From Chara braunii (Eukaryota; Plantae; Charophyceae): 64,000 nucleotides of DNA. Made by a program: the position numbers and the translations under genes. The notes under the pieces were generated by a model. The model was not told the origin of the DNA, did not search any database, and worked only from the letters and a program-made list of their open reading frames with translations. Shown in pieces: positions 49,602 through 63,210 of the stretch. The first letter of the stretch is position 1, and each line of letters starts with the position of its first letter. The stretch spans positions 1,695,361 to 1,759,360 of the forward strand of contig BFEA01000024.1 of the NCBI GenBank assembly GCA_003427395.1. The letters are read 5' to 3'.

Positions 49602-52600
49602 GTGTCTCTCGCTAATCGCACACCTTGCACTCATTGCGGTGCTCACAAATGGCCACACGAACACGTGTGGACCACACTCTGTTGTCGCCGTGGCACTGCT
49701 CATCCTCCCCTATGGCGATACCCTCCACCAGACACACCTGCACACCAGATTTTTTATCTTTGGCAAGCAGATAATCGACAAGGTCGTCTTCTACGATCTC
49801 CTGCACGACAATTTAACAATGCCTTTGCACTAGCCTCACAAATAGTTCGAGAGACACACCCTCTACATGGCGGTTGGCCCGACATGCTAAGAATCGTCGG
49901 CCGACTCCAACATCATTTGGGCCCTCTCATACCGTCACCGGATGAAGAACCAGCATTCGCACAACTGTATGTGTATGATCCTTTGGATAACAACGACACC
50001 ACAATTGTTCGGCTTGCCAGATTTAAACTGCCGCCTCATATGCCATTGGTTGTTGTTGCACAAATTAAACACCTGCTCCGAAAACTCCATCGGTTACTTT
50101 CGTCATGTAATCGTTGGGTTCAATAATTTATAACAGTCGCAGAAATGCCTGAAGATATGATTCGTTAACAACATATTGTAATAAATTCAGATGCCCGTCC
50201 TATTGATGAACATGACCGACGTTATAACCGACCACAAGGCCTTCACGAAATATGTCTATTAATGGTCGATACACCTACCAACAGAGAAATCGTTATTCGT
50301 CGCCGCGTTGGCGACATTTTACCCATTGCAGACACAAATCCCGCATTCAACCCGTTTCATTACAATTTTTTGTTTCCATCAGGTGAAGATGGCTGGAGCC
50401 CGGACACAGACAACCCTGATGATCCTGCTACTCACACTATTACTGTCTGTGAATTCTATGCCTTTCACCTCAACACCCTCGACAGTGAACGAGCGACGAT
50501 CTTCTTTGCTTCGCGTCTCTTCCAAGAATACATTTGCATGACTTTCGCAAATATTGAGAATGGTCGTTTGCTATATAATCGTCTTCATCAAACAGAAATC
50601 TGTGCAGACCTCTATCAAAACTTCCATGACCACCTAATGCAATACGACAATGCACAAAACATTGGCCGACGAATAATTCTCCTGGCCACATTCACGGGTG
50701 GCCCGCGCGACATGCACCGTCCTTACCAAGATTCCATGGTCGCCGTTCAGGAGTTTGGCCCACCAGACCTTTTCATTACAATCACATGTAATTCACATTG
50801 GCCTTACATTCAAAACCAACTATTTCCAAACCAACAGCCATTTGATCGATAAGACCTTCTTGCTCGCGTATTTAAAGGTTTCTTACGCCAACTTATTCAC
50901 GATATACATAACACATACATCTTCGGCCCTATAACCGCGTACATATATCTAATCGAGTTCCAAAAACGAGGGCTACCACATGCTCATTTGGTTGTTACAT
51001 TCCCGGAACCGTACAAAATTAGCACGCCTGAACAAATCGATTCAATAATTTCTGCTGAAATTCCTCAAAACCCCGTTCTTCATGAATTGGTGCTATCGCA
51101 TATGATCCATAACCCCTGCGACATCCACAATATGCAAGCCGCATGTATGCGAGATGATCATTGTGCACACCATTTCCCAAAAGATTTCTCTGAATAAACA
51201 TCATGGAACAAAGATATGGGATACCCAATTTACCGTCGACGGTCACCCGACAACGGAGGTCAAACTCTTACACACCGAGATCAAGAACTGAACAATTTTT
51301 GAGTTGTGTCGTATAACCCTTTTTTGCTGTTGCGCTATCATTGTCATCTCAATGTCGAGGCTTGCGCATCCACCGCTGCATATCGATACATGTTTGAATA
51401 TATCATGAAAGGGCCTGACCGCGTTGTAGTTAGTGAAATGACCTCTGCAAATGATGAAATTGAAGTTTTCTGAGATATGTGAACAATTAGCGCTGTCGAA
51501 GCATGTTGGCGGATATTCGAGTTCCCCATCTCTGAACGCTACCCCGCCGTATGTGCTCTACCTCTCCATACGAAAAATTGTCAACGTGTCTATTTTCGAC
51601 CCCAGCGTGCCCAACAAATTGCCTGAAATCCGGCGCCGGAAACCAAGCTTACTGCTTGGTTTAAATGGAATGAAGCAAACATGCACCTTGCACACATTAC
51701 AAAACCACTATATAAAGACATGATATGTTGATTTCGTTATGACAACACATAAAAACGTTGGACCGTACGTCGACAAACATCAAATACAATTAGATGAATG
51801 CACACCATTCACCCCAACGCCGGTGACACGTTCTACCTCCGTATGCTTTTCCAATCGCCTCATTCACGTGGTGCCACATCGTTTATGGATCTTAAAATTG
51901 TTGACGACAATACTCACCCGACATACCAATCAACATGTCGAGACTCGAGCGCTCGGTTTACTGAATGACAACACACAATTTGATGTAGTCCTTCAAGATG
52001 CAATATTTGTTTTATCATCACCTGGTCCAATGGTTCGTGACCTGTTCGTGCACATTATACTCCAGTGCGCACCGGCTGATCCCAATGGCCTATTCGAAAC
52101 ACGTTGGGAACAAATGACAGATGATTTCCTTCTTGCCTTACGCGGCGTTAATGTTCCTCTTCCTATCCTTAGAGCACTTCTCCTGCTTGACATTGAAGAC
52201 CGCTTCCAAAAAGAAGGAAAACAACTTGACGACCTTGGTATCACACCGCCACTACCCGTTGATCGTAATGCTGAGAATGAGCTTGTTGAAAGTCCGCGTA
52301 GAGAAGGCATCCCTCGAATGATCGATGACGAGATCTCCTATAATGAACATGATCTCAAATATATGCTCTCAACAAATGTTCCTCTCCTTCGCCTTTCTCA
52401 ACATGCGATTTTTCAACGAATTGTCAATGTTGTCGACCGCACTGAACCTCTTTGCATTTTTGTTGACACACCAACTGGTACAGGAAAAACTTTTTGCTTC
52501 AACACAATCTTTGCCCATGTCCGACACTAAAACCGAATTGCACTTGCATTTGCGTTGAGCGGCATTGCTGCAACACTCCTAGATGGAGGTCGCACATTTC

Positions 52601-53761
52601 ACCCTCGCTTCAAAGCACAACTCACACCAACAACAACATCGACACTTGACATATCAAAACAGTACGCACTCGCAGATCTAATTCGAATGGCAACTCTCAT
52701 TTTATGGGACGAAACACCTATGACACACAAATACCATTTTGAAGCACTCGATCATACGCTCCAAGACATTTGCTCTTCTACCCTTCCCTTTGGTGGAAAA
52801 ATCATCTTTCTCGGTGGAGACTTTCGACAAATTTTGCCTGTCGTCCAAAAAGGCACACGCGCACAAACTATCGCAGCATGTATTAAGTCATCACATGTGT
52901 GGCAACATTTCCAAACATTCCAACTATCTGAGGACATGCGCGTCCTCACTCAAATCGACACTCATGACGGTCATGCCTATGCACAATGGCTCCTCGCCCT
53001 CGGCAATGGAGACCTTCAGCCGCCACCGCAAACACATTCAACCACGATCGACCTTCCTGCCCACCTTTGTCTACACGGATCAACAACTGACCTCATTGCT
53101 TGGACTTTCCCACACCTCCAATCGAATTTAACAAATCCTGATTGGCTTGCAGAACATCGCATCTGATCACCAAAAAACAAAAGTGTTTCCACAATTAACA
53201 CCATAATTCTCGATCAATTCTGTGGCTCATTTCTAACATCACTTAGCGCTGATTCACTCCTCCAAAACGAACAATACCCTGACATTCTCATCGATATCTC
53301 CATACAATTGACATTCCATCCTTGCCGCCACACATTTTACGGATTAAAAAAGACGCGCCCGTTATATTACTTTGAAATATTGCAATGCGAAACGACTTAT
53401 GCAATGGTACACGCCTAATCGTCGATTCTATAATAAATAATAGACTGCTCCGTGTCCGTACACTTCCATCTCTTCGCCGGTGCTTCTCCTGCGTATCCTT
53501 CTTTTTGTTGTCGACCATACCACACCTTTCCCTTGGCAAAGACGTCAATTTCCAATCCGGCCAGCATTTGCAATAACCATAAGCAAATCCCAAGATCAAT
53601 CAATCAAACACGCAGACATTGATCTCCAACAGCCTGTATTTGCGCACAGACAACTCTATGTCGCAGCATCGCGTGTCGGCAATCCTGCACACATACATTT
53701 TCTCCTCCTGACTCGTGCTTCTCAAACCTCAAACATCGCCTATAAAGAAATTATTTCTTGA
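49602..53761 (+). pseudogene. Helitron RepHel (HUH Rep and PIF1-type helicase), many stops and frameshifts
   Basis: CTHCGA..LCC, PAFAQLYVYDP, FTGGPRDM..GPPDLFITITCN, IEFQKRGLPHAH, YIMKG, TGTGKTF, SGIAATLL.GGRTFH, WDETPM, GGDFRQILPV, RQFPIRPAFAITISKSQ, QLYVAASRV. Confidence 0.95.
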
Positions 53762-55314
53762 AAATCACTAACTTTCACATTCCTTCCTTTTTCCTTCCGT
53801 TTCCGTCGATGCAGGTGCTTCGAAACAACAGCCTCAAGTGAAAAGAGCGAGATCAACAATTTCTGGCAATTCCATGACCGTTGTGCAAACAACTCTCATC
53901 CCCCCCCCTCCGTCCACTACGTCCTCCACACCTCTGACATCTGCAACTGCATCCATTGCACTCTCCACATTGTCCACACCTCTTCCATCTACAACCTCAC
54001 TCCACACAACACTCTCGCTTGCTGTTACATCGTATACATCCAATGAACCACGAACAACAACAGTCACATCAGCTGCTCAAACTTCTGATCTCTCACAACT
54101 TGGCTTGGATGATGGCACCCTTGCACAAATGCCTCTTCCCCGATGGGATCAATGGCAAAAACTTATCACTGTCAACAACATTCACCGCGTCACTGACCAA
54201 ATTCTTTGAGAAGATTTCCTTAATACTGACCATGCTGCCTACTCACCTCACATCTACGAATACTTCACTCTATACAAACAAAATCGCACAAAACTCATCC
54301 ATCGTCCGCCTCTTTCCTCCAACCCCAATACCCGATTCTCCCAAGATAAAACATTTACTCTCAAAATCCTTAATGACGACGACGCCCACATACGCTCCCC
54401 GACAATTTCACGCCTCCGCTACCAATCTGAACGCATTTCTTCTGCCCACCACTCATACTCTTTCATTGAATCAATCCCGCCACCTCAACAACTTTGCGCA
54501 AGCCCCCACTTCGTCCATGAAACAGATCCCTCATGGTGGCGCCCTCTCCAACCTTGGGGCCCGACACACGCGACTGCAATCATCCATAATATCCTCATGT
54601 CACAGCACACCCGCGCAATCTATACAATACCCCACCCACCACACACATGAGAATATCTCAATGAACTCATTCTCCTTCATCACCACGCCATGCACCAGCC
54701 CCTCCCCCCCTTCTCCACATACAGAGCAAACATCATTCGCCGTGTTGTCTCTTCCCTACAGATGCAACCACCGCTGTCTCACTGCTAACATTCCTACATT
54801 CTTTAACACCTCGCTCCTGCTCTGCTGCAGCACCCAACATGCGACAACTTCATGCACAACGACCTCAAAACTTCAACATCAAGTACCTCCATACACGTCG
54901 AAGTTGAACATCAACAATCAAAGTCTTACCATCAAGTGTCAAACATTCTCGTTAAAACTCAAGATTCGCAACAGCAGTGGCTTCATCCACAACAACCTCA
55001 AGAGTTCTACATCGGCACCCTCCACGGACATGAGACTTCGACATCAACCACCAAACTGCAACCATCATCAAACGACAAAGGAGACTGTGACAAACAAGGC
55101 CATCATCAGCATCACAATGCCATCTCTACAAACGGAGGCGGAAACTCGGAAAGACAAACAAAGCCAATTGCACAACAGAGGGACACACACACAGACACAC
55201 AGAGAGAAGACAGACAGAAAAAGAGAGAGAGTGCACCTCCTTTAAATAACAATTGACTGCTCAACGCGAAACAGAGAGAGAGAGAGGGAAACAGAGAGAG
55301 AGAGAGAGAGAGAG

Positions 55315-55352
55315 CTGTCTCTTATACACATCTAGATGTGTATAAGAGACAG
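55315..55352. other. Nextera mate-pair junction adapter (assembly contamination)
   Basis: CTGTCTCTTATACACATCT followed by AGATGTGTATAAGAGACAG; the flanking ~60 bp is duplicated (55229.. and 55353..). Confidence 0.97.
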
Positions 55353-55407
55353 GAGTGCACCTCCTTTAAATAACAATTGACTGCTCAACGCGAAACAGAG
55401 AGAGAGA

Positions 55408-55498
<91 letters not shown>

Positions 55499-55716
55499 CA
55501 TCTCCTTTTTGTATAATAATCACAATTGCATATTCAATACCTCTATCAAAGACACTTGCACCCCGAACACCTTCTTCCTGTGATGGTAATCTCTGCCTTT
55601 CATTCCGTCTCATCCCCTCTTCGCCATCTGCTCCTCCTCTTCTTTCCTCACCAACTCCCTGCCTCCATCCCCGCTCCCCCTCTGCTGCCGCAGCGGCGCT
55701 GCGGCGGGTCCACTTG

Positions 55717-58104
55717 TTTTTATAGATTTTGAAAAGGCATACGACTATGTTGATTGGGTCTTCCTAGACATGTGCATGGAGAAATTTAATTTTGGGTCTT
55801 CCTTCAGAAGATGGGTACAAATCCTACACTCAGAGGCAACAACAAGAGTCATGATAAATGATAATCTAGCTCCTCCAATTCTGTTGGAACGATCAGTAAG
55901 TCAAGAAGATCCGATAACACCTTTCCTTTTCGTCATTAGGATGAAGGCCCTTGCGGCTAATCTAAGACATAACAAGGATATCAAACGTATTAGGATTGCA
56001 TCTATTCCGGAAGAGGTCATTCCTGTTTGCTCACTATTTGCGGATGACGTCTCACTAATAGTAGATGCATCAGAGGACAACATGAGGGTCATTGAGAGAT
56101 CGATGGATAAGTTTTGTTCCCTCTCAGATATGAGAATTAACTGGGTACCAAAACCCAAGGATGGTGGAGTACCAAAAGGCATTGGCCCAATGATACGGTT
56201 GGAGAACCGATGCCGGTCTATTCCAAGAGGTATCTCTCAAGCAACAAACCAGGAGGTAGAAACAGACAGACAAGCAGCAAGGGCAGATATAAAGAAGGAC
56301 CCTTTATGGCCTAACCTCCTTAAGACATGGCGCAGACTACCGCTACCAGACAAGTGCCCTCCGAAAAGATAGGAGAAGGTCTGTCAACAACCCATGTTCA
56401 ATAATATATTAATCACAGACTCACAGGGATGCATGTTACACTGCATCGACTCTCCTTGGCGCGGATGGGTTAAAAATTAGATTCTCAGGATAAGGGATAT
56501 GTGGAATAAAAAATCAAATGATTGGTACACCTCATCCCATATCCAACCCAAACTTCGATATTGCAGACACTCACTGGAAGCATTGGATACCATAATTGAG
56601 CTAATTCTCTTAGATTGGGTAATAATACTAAAAAAATGGGCAAACCTCCAAAAAAGAGACTGGGTAGGTTTTTTGGATGACAAGCAACAGATTGGGAATG
56701 TGGTTCTGTTGGGAGATGACTCAACAGTGCTAACCTCCATTTTTTCTATAGATCACAAAAATATTCTCCATACAGGGCAACCCCAAGAAACCAAATAGTA
56801 CCAGATGGACCAGGTGTTTAGAATCAGAGTTTTGAAAGACAAAGATCAATGGCTGGCTTTCAAGCCAACTCATTCAATAGACAATTTGGCCTTGGACCCA
56901 TCTCAACGGACTGGACTTCAAGAGGAGGAAAACGAACATGGACTCACTCACTCCACACTCTAACCGTTAAATTCACTTATCGAATGTTGAGACCGTCCCT
57001 TAATATAAAAGATAAAGTGGAAGCACGATAGATGAGACAGTTGAACATTAGCAAGGACTCCTTACACTCTATCAAATGGTTTAGAACCATTAAAATCAAA
57101 CCTGCTAAGGTAGCCTCCCTGCAATGGCAGATAGATCACCGTTGTCTCCCCACAAACGATTGGATTATAGATAGAACCACTCTTGAACAGAGGGGTATAG
57201 GATTACCCTGGTGCAAGTTCTGTACATCAGCTTTTCCATCAAGAGCAATTCCAGAAACCATAAAACACATTTTCCTTCAATGTCCAAGTGCGATATGGTT
57301 ATGGAGGTGGTGGGACAAAATCTGGAGTCAACTCACATCTTCATATCCTTGGCCATGGGATTGGAAAACCCTCCTATGTGAAACATGGGATCCATCTCAT
57401 ATGGATGATTTGTCCCAAAATCTATATCAGGTTGGAAGGAGGGCCATCATGTGGGCCCTGTGGCACAGACATTGCATGAATGAAATGGAAGGGGTTAGGC
57501 TTGAGGGCCCAGAATTCACGGATGCAATAAAACAACAGATCCAAACTAAGATTTCGGCTCAATGGGATAAAGTCAAAGAAGAGAAGATTCAACATCTATC
57601 GATCCAATCAGAAATTGACCGTCCTATTCAAAAATTCAGCAGCGACTGGCTGGGGGACACCGAGGAAGCGAAGGTGGGAGTGATTAAGTGGAAGGGAGAG
57701 AAAAGAGTGAACAAAAAAGGGGGGCAGCCAGACTCCAGAACGAACTATCAACTATCATTACATGATTGGACCACTGTGGATCCTTCTATCCCTCTGCGTC
57801 CATTATCCAACTTCCCTGACCCTTTTCGATTATCGTCCTTGTGCTTGGTTCCTTTGAGTTGGTATGGTTTAGAGTAAGCAAGTGATCTTGATCTTAGGAA
57901 TAGTTAACGGTGCTGATGCAGGAGGATAATACGTGGCGCCCTTGGCAGGAGGGTGAAGAGGTACTAACTATTTCCTAGTTATCTTGTAAATGGGACGCTG
58001 ACTATTTCCTAGTTATCTTGTAAATGGGACGCTGGACCCGGTTTCCAGCAGGTGCAGCTCCCCACCAATAGATTGGAGCCATCTACTGAAAAAAAAAAAA
58101 AAAA
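55717..58104 (+). pseudogene. LINE-C 3' half: RT core, zf-RVT, 3' UTR and poly(A)
   Basis: FIDFEKAYD, VSQEDPITP, LFADDV, WCKFC..ETIKHIFLQCP. Apparent deletion after RINW (~56145). 34-bp tandem duplication at 57967-58034. Poly(A) 58089-58104. Confidence 0.9.
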
Positions 58105-58542
58105 GATGTCTTAGATGTTTTAGAAAGATGGGGTGGGCAGGGGGACGAAAGGAGATGGTGCCCCCCAGTGGCTCCTTCCGTTTTCTCCCGCATGGCACCC
58201 AGGCAGGTAATGGGAAGCTGGACCCGGTTTCCGGCTAGCATGGACTCAGCAGGTTTTAGGGGGAGGGAGGTACTAGCATGTAGCTTGTATCTGACGCCGT
58301 TTTCAGGGTGAAGAGGTTCCCCCTTCCCTTCCCCCTAGTGTACTGCTCAGTCAATCCCCTGGACCTCACGATAATCAATGCTGGCAGGAATATTCCACAA
58401 CTGCTTCCTGATATACTCTGATGTACTCTGATTCCAATTTGTATAAGGGACGCTGGACCCGCTTTCCAGCAGGTGATGATCCCCACCAATAGATGGAGCC
58501 TCTCCCTAGGTGCTAGTGGTGTCTGCTCGTATCAGCACCACT
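58105..58542 (+). mobile_element. 5'-truncated LINE-B/C-family 3' UTR (SINE-like fragment)
   Basis: Aligns with 23705-24027 (TGTATCTGACGCC, AGGTTCCCCCTTCCCT, AATCAATGCTGGCAGGAA, terminal hairpin). Confidence 0.75.
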
Positions 58543-58808
58543 NNNNNNNNNNNNNNNNNNNNNNNNNNNNNNNNNNNNNNNNNNNNNTTTGACTATCGAT
58601 AGTTTTTACTACTTTTTAGGATTTGTTGCTTGTTTTCAGTTCCTATTTTTCCAGCATCGGGCTTTCTTGAACTCTCGTTGTTTGTGTGATAATTTGAACG
58701 TGACGAATTGAAGAGGAGTACAGAACCTTGAGTCGACTAGTTGCTGCTCTACTGTCTTTCGTTAGTATATAGGCCTAGAACAGACAGTGCTCTTTCATAC
58801 CGACTTAG

Positions 58809-58853
58809 GCCCCTGATGATCCTGGTTGGTGTGCCCGGTGAAACCGGTAGCGC
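58809..58853 (+). ncRNA. Type I hammerhead ribozyme (mutated copy)
   Basis: GCCC-CTGATGA-T-CCTGG(TTGGTGTG)CCCGG-T-GAAA-CCGG-TA-GCGC, with one mismatch each in stems I and II. Confidence 0.8.
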
Positions 58854-59019
58854 TGCAACGCCTGCAGGAATTTCGGTTTCCGCCTGTTCTTCATGTTTTT
58901 ATTCTTTCGAATGAAGTCGCATTCTTTTTTTTTTTTTGTCTCTCGCATTCGGGACACCTGTCTTTGTCCTTCTTCCACTTTCTTCTTCCTGTTACTCCTC
59001 TTCTTATTTCCCTTCCTAT

Positions 59020-60800
59020 GCTGTTCTAGAATACAGCATAGGAAACTGGGTAACCTGATGGTGCAGAGGATGAGGGTTGTTTGGGCAAAGTCCCCAACAG
59101 TTGCCGACATCCTGCACAACCAGAAGTTGTTCGCAAAACAGGAGAATGTCTGTACTTGTGGAGGCTTCGAACTGCCCAGAATTGACGGGCATGTCCAGGT
59201 GAGACTCAGTGACGTTGCTGCTGTATCGGGATTCCTATATATGTCCAAAAATACGCCGGTACCGGGAGGTTACACTACTATACAGGACGTAAACAAGGCC
59301 TGCAATACCGCAACCATCCCGCTGAAGAAAATGGGACTGATTGATCGGCAGCAGACGGTGAAGCTGCGACTGCACCAGATTGAGTGGAAACGGAATAGCG
59401 AGAATGGGGATACCATGCTCACGGAGTATATGAAAGGAGTAAGGAAAGCTCCGGAGGGGCTAGTACTCTCTCCAGTGGATAGGAATGGGGGTGAGACCTT
59501 GGTGGAATGCCCAGTTGTGTACACAGCTGGCATGAGGCAGATGTTTAATGACAACCCGAACTACGTGAAGGTGGGTAGGAATGAAGAGGAGGTTCTCATG
59601 GAAATGAAAGAAAAATACCAAGGGGCAGGCCTTGGTAAATGGGCTAGGTGGGATAGTAAAGGAAGCCTTCAAGAAGCTTATGCCATTGCAAAAGACAAGG
59701 ACCTGGGTAAACGAAGACCAATCGTCCCATCGTTTTTAAGTCCGGTCAAGAATGCAGCTGGCATACTTAGCAAAGCACTGAATTTTATGCTTAAGCAGGT
59801 AGGGGATGGGCACTTCAATTTGACCGGGACTGCGCAACTAAAAGAGGAGGTAGCTACAGTCAATGAGAAGGCGCAAAAATTTGGGGGACTGACGAGTCGG
59901 ATACTCATGAGGACATTTGATATTAAGGAGATGTTCATGAGATTACCGCATGAGGAGATAAGGGAAGGGGTGAGGTGGCTGGTTAATGAAATTCGGGGGA
60001 GGGTTTAAGAATGGATCAGACTAAAGACAAGGGGTAAACAAGCTACCTTTGGGAAATCACACAGGGAGGAGGGCTGGAAATCAATTCGGCTCAATGCACT
60101 GAAGGAGATTACAGATTTTTTGTTGAATAATACGTACTTCAGGGCCATGGGAGAAATCCTAAGGCAGGAACATGGAATACCCATGGGCGGACGAGCCAGT
60201 CCATCACTTGCGTGTGTAATGTGTGCACATGCTGAGAACAAGTTCATGAGGGCACTAGGGGCTGACGAGCGCCTGCTACAAGGTAACCGATTCATGGATG
60301 ACCTGATACTTTTTACATGGTACAACAGCAGGGCAGAGGGGGAAAAGGAGAAGGCAGAAGAGAGGCTGGACCGGATTAGCAACTGCTACCACGAGGAGCT
60401 CAAGCTGGAAAGGACTGACAACGGGAACGGGATTGCTTCCTTTCTGGAAGTGGATCTGATGGTAACGGACAAACCAGCCTGGATCTATATGGCACACAGG
60501 TTCAAAAATTCCGGAAGTATCTGGGGAGGGGATCGTCGGCACTACAAGACTATCAAGGACTACGCATCCTACGGGGACAATAGAATAAAATGGGCAGTAG
60601 TGGCCGGAACAATCTGGAGAATCAGGAGCAACACGAATTCGAAACTTACAGCATGGCTGAGCCTTGTGACCCTGGCAAGGGAATTGAGAATTTTGGGGTA
60701 CCCCACAGAAGCCTTCATTGCGGGGGTCGAAAGAGTGGCAAGGAGGGAAGGAGGGTACTGGACGGAACTGGCCGAAAGTTTTTTGTGGTGGTATGGGTAA
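59020..60800 (+). pseudogene. PLE-2 reverse transcriptase with one in-frame stop (60006-60008)
   Basis: AYAIAKDKDLGKRRPIV, TFDIKEMF, QEHGIPMGGRASPSLA, RFMDDL, SFLEV, DYASY..LGYP; N-terminal HN..CTC..H linker. Confidence 0.92.
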
Positions 60801-61679
60801 AAAAGGGCGAAGGTAAGTAACGGTAAAATTGCAGCAGGGAAAGTAAACCGAGGTGGTACGGGAAGAAGGGGGCAGGAAAAGCAACTGGGGTGAGATCGCA
60901 ACAGAAGGATGGGAGGACCGCGATACAGGTAAGCTCGGCTGCCAGCGACAGACTGAACCAGGCACGGAACGGTAAGACATTCTGACAAAGGAAACGTTGG
61001 CACTATCCGAAAGTCTCGAAGCCACGCCGCAATTCGGATGACGGCCAAGCCTAAGGCCAGAGATCTGAAGCTGATAATTTTTCAGTAGGATAGCTATAGG
61101 ATTTCTCGGTAGAACAGCAGGCAAAAACAAGTATAAGTACGAGCGCCAAGCGCTTCACTACCTGAGTAGTACTGGGCAGAAGGGTGGTACGCTGTTTAAG
61201 CTGGGAGCATAAGATCATGTACTGCGAGAGTAAAGCCCAATGATTTTATGCAATATTGTGTTATGACGCTTCCTGATATACTCTGATGTACTCTGATTTC
61301 AATTTGTATAAGGGACACTGGACCCGCTTTCCAGCAGGTGATGATCCCCACCAATAGATGGAGCCTCTCCCTAGGTGCTAGTGGTGTCTGCTCGTATCAG
61401 CACCACTAACACNNNNNNNNNNNNNNNNNNNNNNNNNNNNNNNNNNNNNNNNNNNNNNNNNNNNNNNNNNNNNNNNNTTTGACTATCGATAGTTTTTACT
61501 ACTTTTTAGGATTTGTTGCTTGTTTTCAGTTCCTATTTTTCCAGCATCGGGCTTTCTTGAACTCTCGTTGTTCGTGTGATAATTTGAACGTGACGAATTG
61601 AAGCTGACTAGTTGCTGCTCTACTGTCTTTCGTTAGTATATAGGCCTAGAACAGACAGTGCTCTTTCAAACCGACTTAG

Positions 61680-61724
61680 GCCCCTGATGATCCTGGTTGG
61701 TGTGCCAGGTGAAACCGGTAGGGC
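61680..61724 (+). ncRNA. Type I minimal hammerhead ribozyme
   Basis: GCCC-CTGATGA-T-CCTGG(TTGGTGTG)CCAGG-T-GAAA-CCGG-TA-GGGC; GUA triplet, predicted cut after 61720. Confidence 0.9.
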
Positions 61725-63210
61725 TGCAACGCCTGCGGGAATTTCGATTTCCGCCTGTTCTTCATGTTTTTATTCTTTCGAATGAAGTCGCATTCTTTTT
61801 TTTTTTTGTCTCTCGCATTCGGGACACCTGTCTTTGTCCTTCTTCCACTTCCTTCTTCCTCTTCCTCCTCTTCTTATTTCCCTTCCTATCGGCGCATGGT
61901 GTGTCTCTTTGTATCCTGGATTCTGAGTGGCATTGCATGTTGGAGGATGTTGTGACTTTCATCGTTGTCTGTAAGCTTCAAGCTGACTTACTTCAGCCAA
62001 TAGGGTGCCGCCGCGATCCAGATTGTCGGCTGTAACGTCTATCTACCCGTGTGCCCTCTCCTCTCCATGAAACGCGGATTCTTCGTGCCCAAAAGACCTC
62101 ACAAGGTCCCTTGGGCTGTGGGAAGAAATAGCTGGGAAAATTCCTATTGCCCGAGGAATTTCCTTACGAGCGTTTTCACTTTTTTTTTCAGATAGCATCC
62201 CTGTGATAGGTGTAACAAACAATTCCTTGGGGATTTCGCGTCCCCGAGGAGTGTCTAGCGACGCCCTTACATTCTTAGGGCACCCCTAAGGATTAGGAGT
62301 ACTGCACCGTCCTCATTAGTCTTGTTGCCGCTGTCCCCCACCCAACCTCCCCCCCGTCTTCCCCCTCCTCCCATTTCTCTCTCCTCCCCCCTCCATCCCT
62401 GACATGCTAAAGGAAGGAAGGGTTGTGAAGCGAAGCAACTCCTACACAAAGCTACAATAAGAAGGGAAAGGAATGATGTACTGGCAGCTTGCTGAGAGAC
62501 AGTACATATCATCAGCCAGTGGAAGATGTTCAATTGCATAAAAACAGCTCAAACACAAAGACACTGGGATAGGGGAGAGGCGCATTCAGAGTGCGCAGCC
62601 ACGGCCCTCTCCTCCCAGGAAGCAGTAAAATGGAGGGATACTCCGTCAATGGAACTCAGGCGAGGTTTTGAGGAATCTTGCTCAGTGGAGAAAGCCCACT
62701 GTTGGCGGCCTGCTCAGTAAAGGGACTGAAGCTCACTGTGCAGAACAGGAACAGAACTGAGTAGTGGCTTCCAATAACTGATGGGGGTGGCGTCTCACGG
62801 AGTTCGACAGGACAGTTGATCGGCGACAGCGAGCAAGTCCCTTGGCAGGGGCTACCCCAGGGTTGGGATCAGATCTCAGCAACACCCGAACAAACAACTA
62901 CAACAACAACTGGCCGGTGGTCGACTGACTGGCGGGTGGCAGAGCATTGCTTACAACCGGTCGCTAATTCTCCTACCAATAGATAGGAGACCTGTGTATA
63001 CTATCACTTATCAGAGACTGTCGTGTAAGCAAGTAACTCAGACTGTCCTGCTATTCTATCTGCAAAACGTCAATCTATGTAGATCAGCCCAGTAGCCTAC
63101 GGATTCAGAATGAATGTCTCATCCTATTGCAGTTGTCATGGTACCGGGGCATACCAGGATTTACCGCAGACTGTTATGCAGGCAAGGAGCTCAGATTGCT
63201 GTGTAGCTCG

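Larger units (their letters stand above)
34384..55716 (+). mobile_element. Helitron with both termini, carrying nested insertions
   Basis: 5' TCCCTATACTACT follows host A. 3' hairpin GCCGCAGC-GGC-GCTGCGGC (55687-55705) lies 11 nt before CTTG and host T. No TSD. Removing it restores LINE-C KATL-IFIDFEKAYD in frame. Confidence 0.93.
58403..61889 (+). mobile_element. Penelope-like element PLE-2 (5'-truncated, no endonuclease seen) with ~620-bp direct repeats
   Basis: 58403-59019 matches 61268-61889. Each copy contains a hammerhead, and the RT lies between them. Confidence 0.85.

Noticed and set aside
53956-55245. 429-aa ORF in the Helitron 3' region
   Set aside because: It has an S/T/H/Q-rich composition from C/A-skewed DNA and no motif. 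A decayed accessory gene in another frame cannot be excluded.
55315-55352. Tn5/IS50 element ends
   Set aside because: These are synthetic mosaic ends in the exact mate-pair junction arrangement, with no transposase.
60276-61130. 284-aa antisense ORF over the PLE-2 RT (similarly 14633-15385 and 16892-17785)
   Set aside because: Shadow or incidental frames over TE sequence with no domain signal.
62120-62260. CACTA-like subterminal repeats (AATTCCT/CGAGGA motifs)
   Set aside because: Too few and too degenerate, and no CACTA terminus was found.
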